64,000 nt of DNA. Origin: Kiritimatiellia bacterium (GTDB lineage Bacteria; Verrucomicrobiota; Kiritimatiellia; RFP12; JBMNHG01). The notes beneath the pieces were generated by a model, which had not been told where the DNA came from, searched no databases, and saw nothing but the letters and a program-made list of their open reading frames with translations. The DNA is taken from positions 312,296 to 376,295 of the forward strand of contig JBMNHG010000002.1 in NCBI GenBank assembly GCA_050950285.1, in the 5' to 3' direction. Positions 19,306 through 29,779 of the stretch are shown here, in pieces. Position 1 is the stretch's first letter. Every line of letters begins with the position of its first letter. The position numbers and the translations under genes were made by a program.

Positions 19306-22300
19306 ATGAAACGCCCGCTTCTTCTTGCCGCCCTCTCCGCAACCCTCGTCTCCGCCGCCTTTGCAGGCGAGAACATGATTGGCCGCCAGAGCCAGAACGA
19401 AGGCATCGCCGCCGTGCCGGCACCGGGGGCCGTGGCGATTGACGGCGACCTCTCCGACTGGGATTGGTCGGGCCGCATTTGCGTCTTCGCCGACACCAAC
19501 GTGCGCAACGCCTATTCGGTCGAAGCGGCGGCGATGTGGGACAAAGACTACTACTACCTCGCCGCGAAATGGAACGATCCCACGCCGATGTTCAACACGG
19601 TCGACCCCGATTTCGCGCCCAACGAGGGATGGAAGTCGGACTCCTGGCAAATCCGCATCCGGTCGGACCAGATCGGCCACTTCACCACCTGGTTTTTCGA
19701 GCCGGAGCAGATGCCCGTGATGCACATCTCCTACGTCGCCCGGGGGCATGGTGGGGATTTCGACGTATTGCGCGGCGTGCCGGGATCAGCCGATTTGCTT
19801 GGTCCGGACGGCCAGCCTTCGGGCGTACAGATGGCCTATCGGCGCGCGGAGGGGCCTGAATCCGGTCCGGGCGCGGGATTCATCCAGGAGATCCGCATCC
19901 CGTGGAGCCGCATCTTCCGGACGGTCCCGGAGATTCGGGACGGACTCGTCTTCCGCCAGGGCAACGAATTCCTGTGGGGCGACGTCACCGGCCGCGCCTG
20001 GCCCGTCCACCGCTATGCGGACAACATGCAGCCGGGCGTGACCTCCCGCGAATTCTACTGGACCTCCCATGACAGCTGGGGCGATGCGCGGCTCGCCGCC
20101 GCCGGCAACCTGGAACCCCGCGAATACAAGGGCGACACCGCGACGCTCGAGGGCACGGTGCCCATTTCCGTGGCCGTCCCCGCCAACGCCGCGCGCTTCA
20201 CGCTGGTCATCGAAACGCCGGACGGGCGGCGCGTCCGCAACCTTGCGGGGGACTGCCTTCCCATGGACTACGCGACCGGCGCCGAAGCCGGGGACGGCAC
20301 CCGGAACCTTGAAGTGCCCTGGGACTGCCTGGATGACGCCGGGCGGCTGGTCGACCCCGGGACCTACCGCGCGCGCGGCCTCACCCACACGGGGCTCTCG
20401 GCGGAATACGACGCCTCCTTCTACAATCCCGGCACGCCGCCGTGGGACACCGTGGACAACACCGGCGCCTGGGGGGCGGACCACAACCAGCCCTGCTCGG
20501 TCGCGGCAGCGGGCGCCACCGGCTGGATGATCGTTGGCTGGTCGGAGGCGGAAGGCGGCCATGCCATCGTCGCCGTGGGGCCCGACGGGCGCAAGCGCTG
20601 GGGCGTGATCGCCGGCGCGCCGCTGCTCGCGGCCAATTCGACGCACGTCTTCTCCTCCAATGGGGAATGGCTTCACCGCTACGCCCTGGAGACGGGAGCG
20701 TTCGCGCCCTTCACGGCGGACGGGACGGCGCGCCCCTTCGAACTCGCGATGGAGACGCTCTTCGACGAGGCCCCTGGCGCCCCGGCCTGCGCACTCGCCG
20801 CGGACGAGACCCGGCTTGCGGTCGCCTTCACGAATGGGCTGGTCGCCCTGCTCGACACCGCCACTGCGGCTGTCGCCGCCACGCAGACGCTGCCCCTGCC
20901 GGCGAAAGACCTCGCGCTGGCCGACGGCGTGCTCTATGCGCTGGCGGGCGAAAGGAACGTCGTCGCACTGGACCTGGCATCCGGCGCCCGAACCGAGATG
21001 GCGCCCAAGGAGCCGGGGCTCCGCGCCTCCGCCCTCGCCGTGGACGCGGAAGGCAACGTGCTTCTCGCGGACGTCGGAGACGACCAGCGCGTGAAGGCCT
21101 ACAACGCCAAGGGCAGGATGGCCTATGCCTGCGGACGCCGTGGCGGGCGCCCGCGGAGCGGGAAATTCGTGCCCGAGGCCATGGCGAACATGAGCTCCGT
21201 CGCAGTCGGCACGGACGGCCTCGTGTGGGTCGTCGAGCGCAGCAACGACCCGCGCCGCGTCTCCGTGTGGAACCGGAAGGGACAGCTGGAGCGCGACTAC
21301 ATCGGCAACACCGGCTACGCCGCGCGCGACACCTACGCCGACCCCTGGGATCCGGACCTCGTCTACTGCGGCCCCCTCCGGATCCGGCTCGACCGCGAGG
21401 CCGGCTCCTGGGCGCTGGAGGAAATCCTCTGGAGCCCCGACCCCGCGAAACGCGAACTCTTCCCGCTGTGGAGCGACGCCCACTGGTACGCGCGCCCGAA
21501 TTTCCTGGAAAGCGGCGCCAGCGGGAAGAACCGCCGCTACCTGCACTTCATCGGCCGCTACGGCGCCTATCACGCGATCTACTTCCCGCGCAACAGGCGG
21601 TGGCAGCCCGTCGCCGCCTTCACGAGCGTCGAGTATCTCAACGAGCAGCTTCCCGACCTCGATTTCGGCGGCCGCGACCCCTCCGTCGGCGTCATTTGGA
21701 ACGACTTCGACCGCGATGGCGCGCTGTCGATCGACGAATGCGAATTCCTCCCGGCCGGCCGCCTGCGCAACGGCGGCTGGGGCGCAGCGCCGGGCGAAGA
21801 CCTGACCCTCTACATCAACGACCTCCACGAGCAGACGATCCGCTGCCGCCCCGAAAGCTTCGCCTCCGACGGGGCGCCCATCTACTCGGGCGCCGCCATG
21901 GAACGCTTCCCCGCGAACCTCTACGGGGAAAACCGCCCGGCGGGCGACCGCATCATCAGCTTCGGCGGCGACGTCGTCCGGGGCGGCGTGGTGATGGCCA
22001 ACGACCTTCGAACCGGCGAATGCCTCTGGACCTATCCGAACCGCTATCCGCAGGTGCATGGCTCGCACCGCGCGCCGATGCCCTCGCCGGGACTGCTCAT
22101 CGGAACCCTCAAATTCTGCGGACTCGTCGATTTCGGCGGCGAGGCGGGGACGATCTTCCAGATGCGCGGAAACCTCGGGCAGGACTACTTCATGACCACC
22201 GACGGGCTCTTCGTGGGCGCCCTCTTCGAGGATGGACGCCTGCCCTCCACCGCCTTGCCGGCGACCGAGGCCGAACTCCGCGGAATGGACCTCTCGGGCT

Positions 22301-23208
22301 TCAGCAACGGCGGCGAGCCCTTCAACGGCTCGTTCGTGCGGCAGTCCGACGGCCAAACGCGCATGACCATCGGCCTCGCCCGCCAGGCCGGCATGCTCCT
22401 CACGCTGGACGGCTTCGACTCCATCCGCCGCTTCGACGGCCCCACCCTGCAGATCGACGCCGCGACCATCGTAAAGGCCGACGCCGAAAACGCCGCCCGC
22501 GCCCGCAAGGCCGCCGAGCCGAAGGTCTGGACGGTCGCCCGCTTCGCCCATGCGCCGTCGATCGATGGCGTAGGCCAGGAGTGGGGCGATGTCCCCTCCG
22601 TGCCGATTCGCGGCGCCGGCTCCCCCGAATGGATGAACGCCCGCCTCGCCTGCGACGACGCCATGCTCTACGCCTTCCTCGAAGTGCGCGACCAGAGCCC
22701 ATGGATGAACGCCGGCACGGAATTCCAGCGCCTCTTCAAGACCGGCGACGCCATCGACATCCAGCTTGGACTCGGCGGAGACGATCCCACGCTGCGCGCG
22801 AACGACTTCCGCGTGGTGGTCGCGCCGATGGAGGGCAAAACCGTCGCCGTGCTCATGAAGCCCGCGGATGCGGCCGCCCCCGCCGGACTGCGCCACACCT
22901 ACTCCTCGCCGGTCTTCGACAAACCCTTCGACCGCGTGGAACTCTGCGAGGCCGTGCTCGCGGCGCAGCACGGGACGCGTCCCGACACCTACGGCGTCGA
23001 AATCGCCATCCCGTGGTCCCTCCTCGGCATCGAGGCCCGCTCCGGAACATCGCTCCGGGGCGACGTGGGATTCATCGCCTCCGACACGACCGGCCGCACC
23101 AACACGGCCCGCACCTACTGGGCCAACCCCTTTACAAACCTCGTCAACGACGAACCCTCCGAAGCGCAGCTCTTCCCGCAGGAATGGGGGGTTCTGGTTC
23201 TTGAATAG
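19306..23208 (+). CDS. Large secreted protein (about 1300 aa): CBM9-like, FlgD-like Ig, NHL/beta-propeller and CBM9-like domains
   Basis: Signal MKRPLLLAALSATLVSAAFA; IDGDLSDW; VRNL...WDCLDDAGRLVDPGTYRARGL; LAVDAEGNVLLAD; LRGDVG. Candidate own promoter TTGCGC-N17-TATGCT near 19214-19242. Confidence 0.8.
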   Translation: MKRPLLLAALSATLVSAAFAGENMIGRQSQNEGIAAVPAPGAVAIDGDLSDWDWSGRICVFADTNVRNAYSVEAAAMWDKDYYYLAAKWNDPTPMFNTVDPDFAPNEGWKSDSWQIRIRSDQIGHFTTWFFEPEQMPVMHISYVARGHGGDFDVLRGVPGSADLLGPDGQPSGVQMAYRRAEGPESGPGAGFIQEIRIPWSRIFRTVPEIRDGLVFRQGNEFLWGDVTGRAWPVHRYADNMQPGVTSREFYWTSHDSWGDARLAAAGNLEPREYKGDTATLEGTVPISVAVPANAARFTLVIETPDGRRVRNLAGDCLPMDYATGAEAGDGTRNLEVPWDCLDDAGRLVDPGTYRARGLTHTGLSAEYDASFYNPGTPPWDTVDNTGAWGADHNQPCSVAAAGATGWMIVGWSEAEGGHAIVAVGPDGRKRWGVIAGAPLLAANSTHVFSSNGEWLHRYALETGAFAPFTADGTARPFELAMETLFDEAPGAPACALAADETRLAVAFTNGLVALLDTATAAVAATQTLPLPAKDLALADGVLYALAGERNVVALDLASGARTEMAPKEPGLRASALAVDAEGNVLLADVGDDQRVKAYNAKGRMAYACGRRGGRPRSGKFVPEAMANMSSVAVGTDGLVWVVERSNDPRRVSVWNRKGQLERDYIGNTGYAARDTYADPWDPDLVYCGPLRIRLDREAGSWALEEILWSPDPAKRELFPLWSDAHWYARPNFLESGASGKNRRYLHFIGRYGAYHAIYFPRNRRWQPVAAFTSVEYLNEQLPDLDFGGRDPSVGVIWNDFDRDGALSIDECEFLPAGRLRNGGWGAAPGEDLTLYINDLHEQTIRCRPESFASDGAPIYSGAAMERFPANLYGENRPAGDRIISFGGDVVRGGVVMANDLRTGECLWTYPNRYPQVHGSHRAPMPSPGLLIGTLKFCGLVDFGGEAGTIFQMRGNLGQDYFMTTDGLFVGALFEDGRLPSTALPATEAELRGMDLSGFSNGGEPFNGSFVRQSDGQTRMTIGLARQAGMLLTLDGFDSIRRFDGPTLQIDAATIVKADAENAARARKAAEPKVWTVARFAHAPSIDGVGQEWGDVPSVPIRGAGSPEWMNARLACDDAMLYAFLEVRDQSPWMNAGTEFQRLFKTGDAIDIQLGLGGDDPTLRANDFRVVVAPMEGKTVAVLMKPADAAAPAGLRHTYSSPVFDKPFDRVELCEAVLAAQHGTRPDTYGVEIAIPWSLLGIEARSGTSLRGDVGFIASDTTGRTNTARTYWANPFTNLVNDEPSEAQLFPQEWGVLVLE

Positions 23209-23242
23209 CCGCCAGACGACCGATGGGGAAATCCCCCCGCAC

Positions 23243-24109
23243 ATGAAAGTACTTTTCCTTTTCATCGACGGACTCGGCCTCGCCCCTCCAAGCGAGGACA
23301 ATCTCGTCAACCCGGAAAACTGCCCGGTCCTGTGCGACCTCATCGAACGCCATTCGGTACCGATCGACGCCTGCCTTGGCGTTCCGGGGCTCCCCCAGAG
23401 CGCCAGCGGCCAGACCACGCTCTTCACCGGCGTGAACGCCTCCCGGGCGGTCGGGCGGCATGTCGAGGGCTTCCCCGGACCCTCGCTCAAGCGGATCGTC
23501 GAAACGGACAACCTGTTCCTCCAGCTTGAACGGCGCCAGATGCGCTGCCGTTTCGCCAACGCCTACCTCGCCAACTCCACGGAGGAAATCGCGGCGCGCC
23601 GCTTCCAGTCGGTCACCACCACGATGGCCCTTACGCGCCCCGGCACGATCAGCCTGCACTCCGACCTCCTCGCGAACAACGCGGTCTGCCAGGACATCAC
23701 GCGCGAATCCCTCCTCGACAGGGGGCACACCGGGGCGCCGGTCGAGCCGGCGGCGGCGGCGAGCCACCTGATCCAACTCGCCCTCGCCTACGACCTCACG
23801 CTGTTCGAATACTTCCAGACCGACCGTGCCGGGCACTCCGGCGACCCGGCGAGGGCGACGGACGTCCTCCGCCTGCTGGATGCCTTCCTTGGAACGCTCG
23901 TCCCCAAGAGCAAGGCGCACGGCATGCTGTTCGTCCTGACGAGCGACCATGGGAACATCGAGAACATGGCCACCCGGACCCACACCTTCCACCCCGTCCC
24001 CCTCATCGCGATCGGCCCGGGCTCGGAACGCCTCCTCAAGGAAGCCAAATCCCTGCTGGACATCACGCCGCTGCTGGTCGAACTCCTTACCGGGCGCCCC
24101 ATGTCGTGA
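23243..24109 (+). CDS. Alkaline-phosphatase-superfamily metalloenzyme (phosphoglycerate mutase/phosphopentomutase-like)
   Basis: FIDGLG, PQSASGQT, TDRAGH, SDHGN and HT metal-ligand motifs. Confidence 0.85.
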   Translation: MKVLFLFIDGLGLAPPSEDNLVNPENCPVLCDLIERHSVPIDACLGVPGLPQSASGQTTLFTGVNASRAVGRHVEGFPGPSLKRIVETDNLFLQLERRQMRCRFANAYLANSTEEIAARRFQSVTTTMALTRPGTISLHSDLLANNAVCQDITRESLLDRGHTGAPVEPAAAASHLIQLALAYDLTLFEYFQTDRAGHSGDPARATDVLRLLDAFLGTLVPKSKAHGMLFVLTSDHGNIENMATRTHTFHPVPLIAIGPGSERLLKEAKSLLDITPLLVELLTGRPMS

Positions 24110-24155
24110 GCGACAACGCCCCTCGCTTCTCCCAACCGAATCCGGAAAAAACGCC

Positions 24156-24956
24156 ATGCCATCGAAACTTGACCGCCCAGAGAAGATCTCCGTCTGCGTC
24201 ATCACCTACAACGAACGCCGCAACCTGGAGCGTTGTCTCGAAAGCGCCCGCTGGGCGGACGAAATCGTCGTGCTCGACTCCTTCAGCACCGACGACACGG
24301 TCGAGATCGCGCGCCGCTACACCGACCGCGTCTCGCAGCACAAATGGATGGGCTACATCGGGCAGAAGAAGCTGATCAAGGATTTGGCGACCTGCCCCTG
24401 GGTGATGTTCGTGGACGCCGACGAAGAGGTCTCCGACGAACTCCGGAAGGAGATCCTGGACCTCTTCTCGAAGCCCATCCCGAAGGATGTCGATGCGTTC
24501 GAATTCCCGCGCCTGGTGCGCTATCTCGACCGTTGGATCCGCCATGGCGACTGGTATCCGGACATCAAGCTCCGCCTCTTCCGCAAAGATCGCGGGCAAT
24601 GCGGGGGCCAGGAGCCGCACGACCGCATCTTCGTTCCCGGACGCGTCTGCCGCCTGAAAGGGGTGCTCCACCATTACACCTATACGGGCATCGAGGATCA
24701 AGTGGCCACCTTGAATCGGTTCTCCAGCATCAGCGCGAACGGAAGGGAGAAATCGTGCAGCTTCGGCCTGGTTTTGCGCATGCTCTTCCACCCCCCCTTC
24801 CGCTTCTTCCGAAGCTACTTCCTGAAGCGGGGGTTCCTCGACGGCGTCCCCGGGCTGGTCGTCGCCAAGACCATCGCCTTCGGCACCTTCATCAAGTACG
24901 CGAAAATCTGGGAGAGGCAGCATCTCCCCCAGACGACCGACGATGCCGGGCGATGA
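24156..24956 (+). CDS. Glycosyltransferase family 2 (WaaE/KdtX-like)
   Basis: ITYNE, DSFSTDDT, DADE, WYPDIKLRLF, HYTY and GFLDG motifs. Confidence 0.92.
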   Translation: MPSKLDRPEKISVCVITYNERRNLERCLESARWADEIVVLDSFSTDDTVEIARRYTDRVSQHKWMGYIGQKKLIKDLATCPWVMFVDADEEVSDELRKEILDLFSKPIPKDVDAFEFPRLVRYLDRWIRHGDWYPDIKLRLFRKDRGQCGGQEPHDRIFVPGRVCRLKGVLHHYTYTGIEDQVATLNRFSSISANGREKSCSFGLVLRMLFHPPFRFFRSYFLKRGFLDGVPGLVVAKTIAFGTFIKYAKIWERQHLPQTTDDAGR

Positions 24957-25060
24957 CCGGCGAACGATGGCCGGGGCGGCAGCTTGTCACCCGGCGGATT
25001 CCTTGATATGCTTCCGGATCATTTTTCCACCTTGCCCATCCAACCGAACGTAAAACCATC

Positions 25061-26737
25061 ATGAACATCCGACAGTTGTTTGACGACACCGTCAGGCTCC
25101 ATGGGGATTCGATCGCCATCCAGTACAAGGAGGCGAACGGGACGTGGCCGGCCATACGCTACAACGAACTGCGGGGCCGCGTCCGCGAGGTTTCCGAACT
25201 TGCCGGGGAGCTTGGACTGCGCCCGAGACAGGACGTGGCCGCCCTCGTCCTCCCGAACCGCCGGGAATGGGTCGAGATCTACCTGGGGCTTGCCTGCAGC
25301 GGGATCATCGTCCTTCCGCTCGACCCGAAGATGACCCCGGCAGAGGCATCCTTCATCCTCAAGGATGCGGGCGCCGTCGCGATCTTCCTGGAGGCAAAAC
25401 AGCGCGCCGGACTCGAGGAGATCCTTCCCGGGCTTCCCGAACTGCGCTCCATCGTATGGCTGGACGGCGCGGAGGCCCCCCGGGAATGCCGCGGGCGCCC
25501 GGCCAGGGACTACGCCGCATCGATCGAGGCGCTCTACCTCCCGGCGCGCCTGGCGGACTCCTTCTACCGCACCCATCTCCCGGCGGACGACGACATCGCC
25601 TCGCTGCTCTACACCTCGGGCACCACCGGCAAGCCAAAGGGAGCGATGATCACCCATGCGAACTTCTGCGCGGGCGCCACTCTTTCCGCCGAAATGATCA
25701 CCTTCTATCCGACGGATCGTTTCCTCGTGGTGCTGCCGCTCTTCCACGCCTTCAGCTTCCTCGCGAACCTGGTCTTCCCCCTCCTTCTGGGGGCGCGCCT
25801 CCAGTTCATCGATCGGCTTCGCACGATCGCCCAGGACATGCGCACCCTCAAGCCGTCCGTGGTGATGGGCGTGCCCCTCCTCTTCGAAAAGCTCCTGGCA
25901 GGCATCCAGAACAAGATCGCCACGAAGCCCGCCGCGCAATTCCTCCTCAAAATCGGCCTCGGGAGGGTCGTCCGGCGCATGATCCGCAAGTCGCTCGGCG
26001 GGAACCTCCGCCTTTTCGTGACGGGCGGAGCACCCTGTTCGCCCGACATGATCCGCGCCTACGCGAATCTCGGCGTGACCGTCATCGAAGGATACGGCCT
26101 CACCGAATGCTCCCCCGTGGTCTCCATCACCACCCCGGACGTGCCTCGTCCCGGCTCCATCGGCCTTCCCCTCCCCCGCGTCGAAGTGCGCATCGCCAAC
26201 CCCGACGACCAGGGTGTCGACGAAATCGAAGTGCGCGGCCCGATCGTGATGAAGGGCTATTTCCGCGATCCCAAGTCCACCGCCGAAGTGTTCACGGAAG
26301 ACGGCTTCTTCCGCACCGGCGACCTTGCCTCGCGAGACGACGACGGGTACCTCTTCATCCGGGGCCGCGTCAAGGCCCTGATCGTCAACCGCGAAGGAAA
26401 GAACATCCACCCGGAGGAGGTCGAGCTCCGCCTCGCAGGCGATCCGCTGGTCCGCGACATCCTCGTGCTCGGCGTACGCGAAAAGGGCAGTGTCGGCGAG
26501 AAGGTCGGCGCCATCCTCGTGCCCGACATGGATGCCGTCAAAGCCGCAAACGGAGGAACGGAGCCGGAATGGGAAGAGGTCGAATCCCTCCTGCGCAAGC
26601 GCCTCCGCGACGCCTGTGCCCCGCTGTCGGAATACAAGCATCCCCGCATCATCCAAGTCCGACGCGAACCCCTTGAACGAACCGCAGCCCAGAAAATCCG
26701 GCGCCACGTCTACCGCGGCGCCCTCGATACGAAGTGA
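25061..26737 (+). CDS. Long-chain acyl-CoA synthetase (AMP-binding), paralogue 1
   Basis: YTSGTTGKPKG, EGYGLTE, FRTGDL and GKNIHPEE motifs. Upstream TTGTCA-N17-TATGCT promoter-like motif. Confidence 0.93.
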   Translation: MNIRQLFDDTVRLHGDSIAIQYKEANGTWPAIRYNELRGRVREVSELAGELGLRPRQDVAALVLPNRREWVEIYLGLACSGIIVLPLDPKMTPAEASFILKDAGAVAIFLEAKQRAGLEEILPGLPELRSIVWLDGAEAPRECRGRPARDYAASIEALYLPARLADSFYRTHLPADDDIASLLYTSGTTGKPKGAMITHANFCAGATLSAEMITFYPTDRFLVVLPLFHAFSFLANLVFPLLLGARLQFIDRLRTIAQDMRTLKPSVVMGVPLLFEKLLAGIQNKIATKPAAQFLLKIGLGRVVRRMIRKSLGGNLRLFVTGGAPCSPDMIRAYANLGVTVIEGYGLTECSPVVSITTPDVPRPGSIGLPLPRVEVRIANPDDQGVDEIEVRGPIVMKGYFRDPKSTAEVFTEDGFFRTGDLASRDDDGYLFIRGRVKALIVNREGKNIHPEEVELRLAGDPLVRDILVLGVREKGSVGEKVGAILVPDMDAVKAANGGTEPEWEEVESLLRKRLRDACAPLSEYKHPRIIQVRREPLERTAAQKIRRHVYRGALDTK

Positions 26738-26745
26738 GGAAGACC

Positions 26746-28473
26746 ATGACGATCCGTACGTTGCTTGACCAGGCCGTCGCCCATCATGGTGACCTGCCTG
26801 CCCTCGAATGGCGCACCAAGACCGGCAAGAAGTTCGTCTCCTACCGGGAGATGTACGCCGGCATCCTCCGCATTTCCACCTTCGCCGGCGGCGAGCTGGG
26901 CCTCGAACCGCAGCGCGACATGGTCGGCCTCATGCTGGACAACAGCCCCGAATGGGTCAAGTGCTACCTCGCCCTGTCCTGTTGTGGAATCACCGTGATC
27001 CCGCTCGATCCCAAGCTGAAGCCCGAGGAAACCGCCTACATCCTCCGGGACGCCCGTGCCGCCGGCATCATCGTCTCCGCCCGCCATCCGCCCAGGCTGG
27101 ACGAGATCCTCCCCGGCCTGGACGACCTGCGTTTCGTGGTGAAGACCGATTTCGGCGAGGAACCGCTCGATTCGCCGGGAAGCGGCGAAACGATCCTGGA
27201 CCGGCCGGTCTTCCACTTGCCCACGGCGCTCGCGCACCTCGGGGACGACCACACGATCGGCGACTTCTTCCGGGCGCATGTCCCGGGCGACGACGACATC
27301 GCCTCGCTGCTCTACACCTCGGGCACCACCGGCAAGCCCAAGGGGGCGATGATCACCCACGCGAACTTCTGCTCGGACGTGGCCGCCGCCCTGGAGGCCA
27401 TCCCCGGCCTCACCCCTTCGGCCCGCTTCCTGGTCGTCATCCCGCTGTTCCACTCCTTCAGCTTCACCGCGAACCTGCTCGGCTCCCTCTCCCTCAGCAG
27501 CCGGATGCAGTTCCCCGAAAGCCTGCGCACCCTCGGGGAAGACCTGCGGGTGCTCGCCCCCTCGCTGGTGATGGGCGTGCCGCTTCTCTTCGAGAAGCTG
27601 CTCGCCAGGATCAAGGACAACATCCGGAAGAGCCCGGCCGCCCGTCTGCTCAAGAGCTGCGGCCTCGGCTTCCTCGTGCGCAGGAAGGTCCGGGCAAGCC
27701 TCGGCGGCAATCTCAAGATGCTCGTCACCGGCGGCGCACCCTGTTCCGTCGCCATGCTCCGCGGCTACAAGCGGCTCGGGATCGACGTGGTTGAAGGCTA
27801 CGGCCTCACCGAATGCTCCCCCATCGTCTCCGTGACGGACGTGGAATCCTCGCGCCATGGAACCATCGGCCTTCCGCTCCCCGGGATCGAGGTGCGCGTG
27901 GCCGACCCCAACGAGCAAGGCGTGGGCGAACTCCAGGTGCGCGGCCCCATCGTCATGAAAGGGTACTTCGGCAAGCCGGAAGCTACCGCCGAAGTCTTCA
28001 CCGAGGACGGCTTCCTCCGCACGGGGGACCTGGTCTCGCAGGACGCCGACGGCTACCTGACCATCCGCGGCCGCGTCAAGGCCCTCATCGTGAACCGCGA
28101 AGGCAAGAACATCTACCCCGAAGAGGTCGAACAGTGCCTTGCGAACGACCCGTTCGTCCGCGACTTCCTCGTTCTCGGCGTAAACGAGGAGGGGGTCACC
28201 GGCGAAAAGGTCGGGGCGATCCTCGTGCCGGACATGGACGCCGTGACCGCCGCGAACAAGGGCGTCGAACCCCCCTGGGAACAGGTGGAGGCGATGATGC
28301 GCAAGCGGCTCAGGAAGGCATGCTCCCGTCTTGCCGACTACAAGCACCCGCGCGTCGTCGAAGTGCGCAGGGAATCGCTCGAACGCACTGCCGCCATGAA
28401 GATCCGCCGCCACGTCTACAACGGCGCCTTGGACATCAAGTCGCCCGCAGCACCGGCCACGGAAGACGACTAG
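26746..28473 (+). CDS. Long-chain acyl-CoA synthetase (AMP-binding), paralogue 2
   Basis: Same motifs as paralogue 1 and colinear with it. An alternative GTG start exists at 26734. Confidence 0.93.
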   Translation: MTIRTLLDQAVAHHGDLPALEWRTKTGKKFVSYREMYAGILRISTFAGGELGLEPQRDMVGLMLDNSPEWVKCYLALSCCGITVIPLDPKLKPEETAYILRDARAAGIIVSARHPPRLDEILPGLDDLRFVVKTDFGEEPLDSPGSGETILDRPVFHLPTALAHLGDDHTIGDFFRAHVPGDDDIASLLYTSGTTGKPKGAMITHANFCSDVAAALEAIPGLTPSARFLVVIPLFHSFSFTANLLGSLSLSSRMQFPESLRTLGEDLRVLAPSLVMGVPLLFEKLLARIKDNIRKSPAARLLKSCGLGFLVRRKVRASLGGNLKMLVTGGAPCSVAMLRGYKRLGIDVVEGYGLTECSPIVSVTDVESSRHGTIGLPLPGIEVRVADPNEQGVGELQVRGPIVMKGYFGKPEATAEVFTEDGFLRTGDLVSQDADGYLTIRGRVKALIVNREGKNIYPEEVEQCLANDPFVRDFLVLGVNEEGVTGEKVGAILVPDMDAVTAANKGVEPPWEQVEAMMRKRLRKACSRLADYKHPRVVEVRRESLERTAAMKIRRHVYNGALDIKSPAAPATEDD

Positions 28474-28552
28474 TACATTGTCGCGGTTATAAACCGAAGT
28501 TCCAGCGTTTCCCGACAGCCCGAATATACGCAAACCTTTGCGGACAAGCGTT

Positions 28553-29389
28553 CTACGCGCCTTCGCGCGTCATTTTCCCGTTCCGCCTGCTGGGCACGGC
28601 CTTGTTGTACCGCCAGCAGGCGTGGTCGGCCTCGAGCAGTTGGAAGGCTCTCGCCTGGAAGGCGTTGGGCATCGTGTCGCGGGTAAAGCGCACGGCGGTT
28701 CTACCCTCTCCGAAGCAGCATGTGTTGCGCACCTGTGAGGGCGCCAAGCAGCCCGTCGTGAAGATCAAGCCCTGCCCCTCGGTCTGCATCGGCACGAATT
28801 GGAAGACGTTCGGGTTCGCGCAGTCGGGCAGATACCATTCCGAGGCGTAGCGCTGGGACGCCGTCTCGAAGCGGACGACGGGCGTGGAGAAGCAGCTGCG
28901 CCACCAGAACTCGTTGCCGACGGCCTTGCCGCCGGGCTCCCACGAACCGCGGTCGAGGATCATGTAGATCGGCAGGGTCGCGGAACGGTAGGTGTACTGG
29001 TAGGAGAAGCCCTTGAATTTCACGCCGTTCAAGGTCCGCGAAGCCGGCTTGAGGACGAGCTTCAACTCCACGTCGCTCTCCCGCGGCCCCTTCGACCAGT
29101 CGTGGATGGTGCGCATGCGGCGGCACTCGTGCACCTGCCACTCCATGAACGAACTCTCCGTGACCTTCGCCCCGAACGTGAGGACGATCTTCCGCGCCCC
29201 GACGTCCGTCGCCTTGAGCTCGTAGTCCAGGAGCGTCTCGCCGTACGGCGTCGAGATGTCCACGAACATGGGCAGACGGCCCGACCGCAGCTTCACGTCG
29301 CCGCACCGGATCCGGCCGAGACCCAGAAAGCGTTTGCCTTTGGAGACCAGGTCGAAGGTCATCCCGTTGGCGAAGGAGAGGGTGTTCGT
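28553..29389 (-). pseudogene. Truncated/decayed hypothetical gene
   Basis: About 200 codons with coding-like bias (NTLSFANGMTFDL...ILDRGSWEPGG...FQFVPMQTEGQG), then an abrupt loss of bias. RBS AAAGGA is followed by ACG rather than ATG. Confidence 0.55.
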
Positions 29390-29779
29390 CTTTTTCCTTT
29401 CATGGCGGACCGACGGATGCGAGGTGGATGGAAGAAGGAAGCGTGCGCAGGACGAAGGGAAAACGGACAAGAACGGTTCCGCCGCGAGGCGGGCGCTCGC
29501 GACGCAACCTTTCCCAAAAGGATATCGGACTCGCCCCGGGGAATAAACCACCTTCTCAAGCCCCAGGTTTTTGGGGCGACTTCGCCAATCCGGGAAGTTG
29601 CGCTTGTGTTTCCGAGGCGGTGATGGCATGGTCTTGACATGGCTTTCCCGATCGGTTTCACGCCGCGCCAGGCGCATTCCTAAAGAAGTTTCGCATGCCA
29701 AACGTCATCCGCATTCCAAAGGAGAAGCCGTGAAACCCCCGCTCCCCACCTGCAACAGGAAGGCAAGTTGCCTGTGAAA

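Noticed and set aside
12176..19423. 2415-aa minus-strand ORF and other very long antisense ORFs (8512..12252, 19786..23559, 32474..36064, 39796..44733, 44861..50137)
   Set aside because: Antisense shadows of real GC-rich genes: Arg/Gly/Ala-rich, no motifs, explained by codon bias on the coding strand.
23180..23208. C-terminus WGVLVLE as a third copy of the sorting tag
   Set aside because: It aligns with an internal segment (RWGPVF) of the paralogue, so it is the end of the CBM9-like domain.
29410..29770. Possible ncRNA or riboswitch in the long intergenic region
   Set aside because: Only short hairpins; no tRNA cloverleaf or riboswitch consensus recognised. An Rfam/Infernal scan would settle it.
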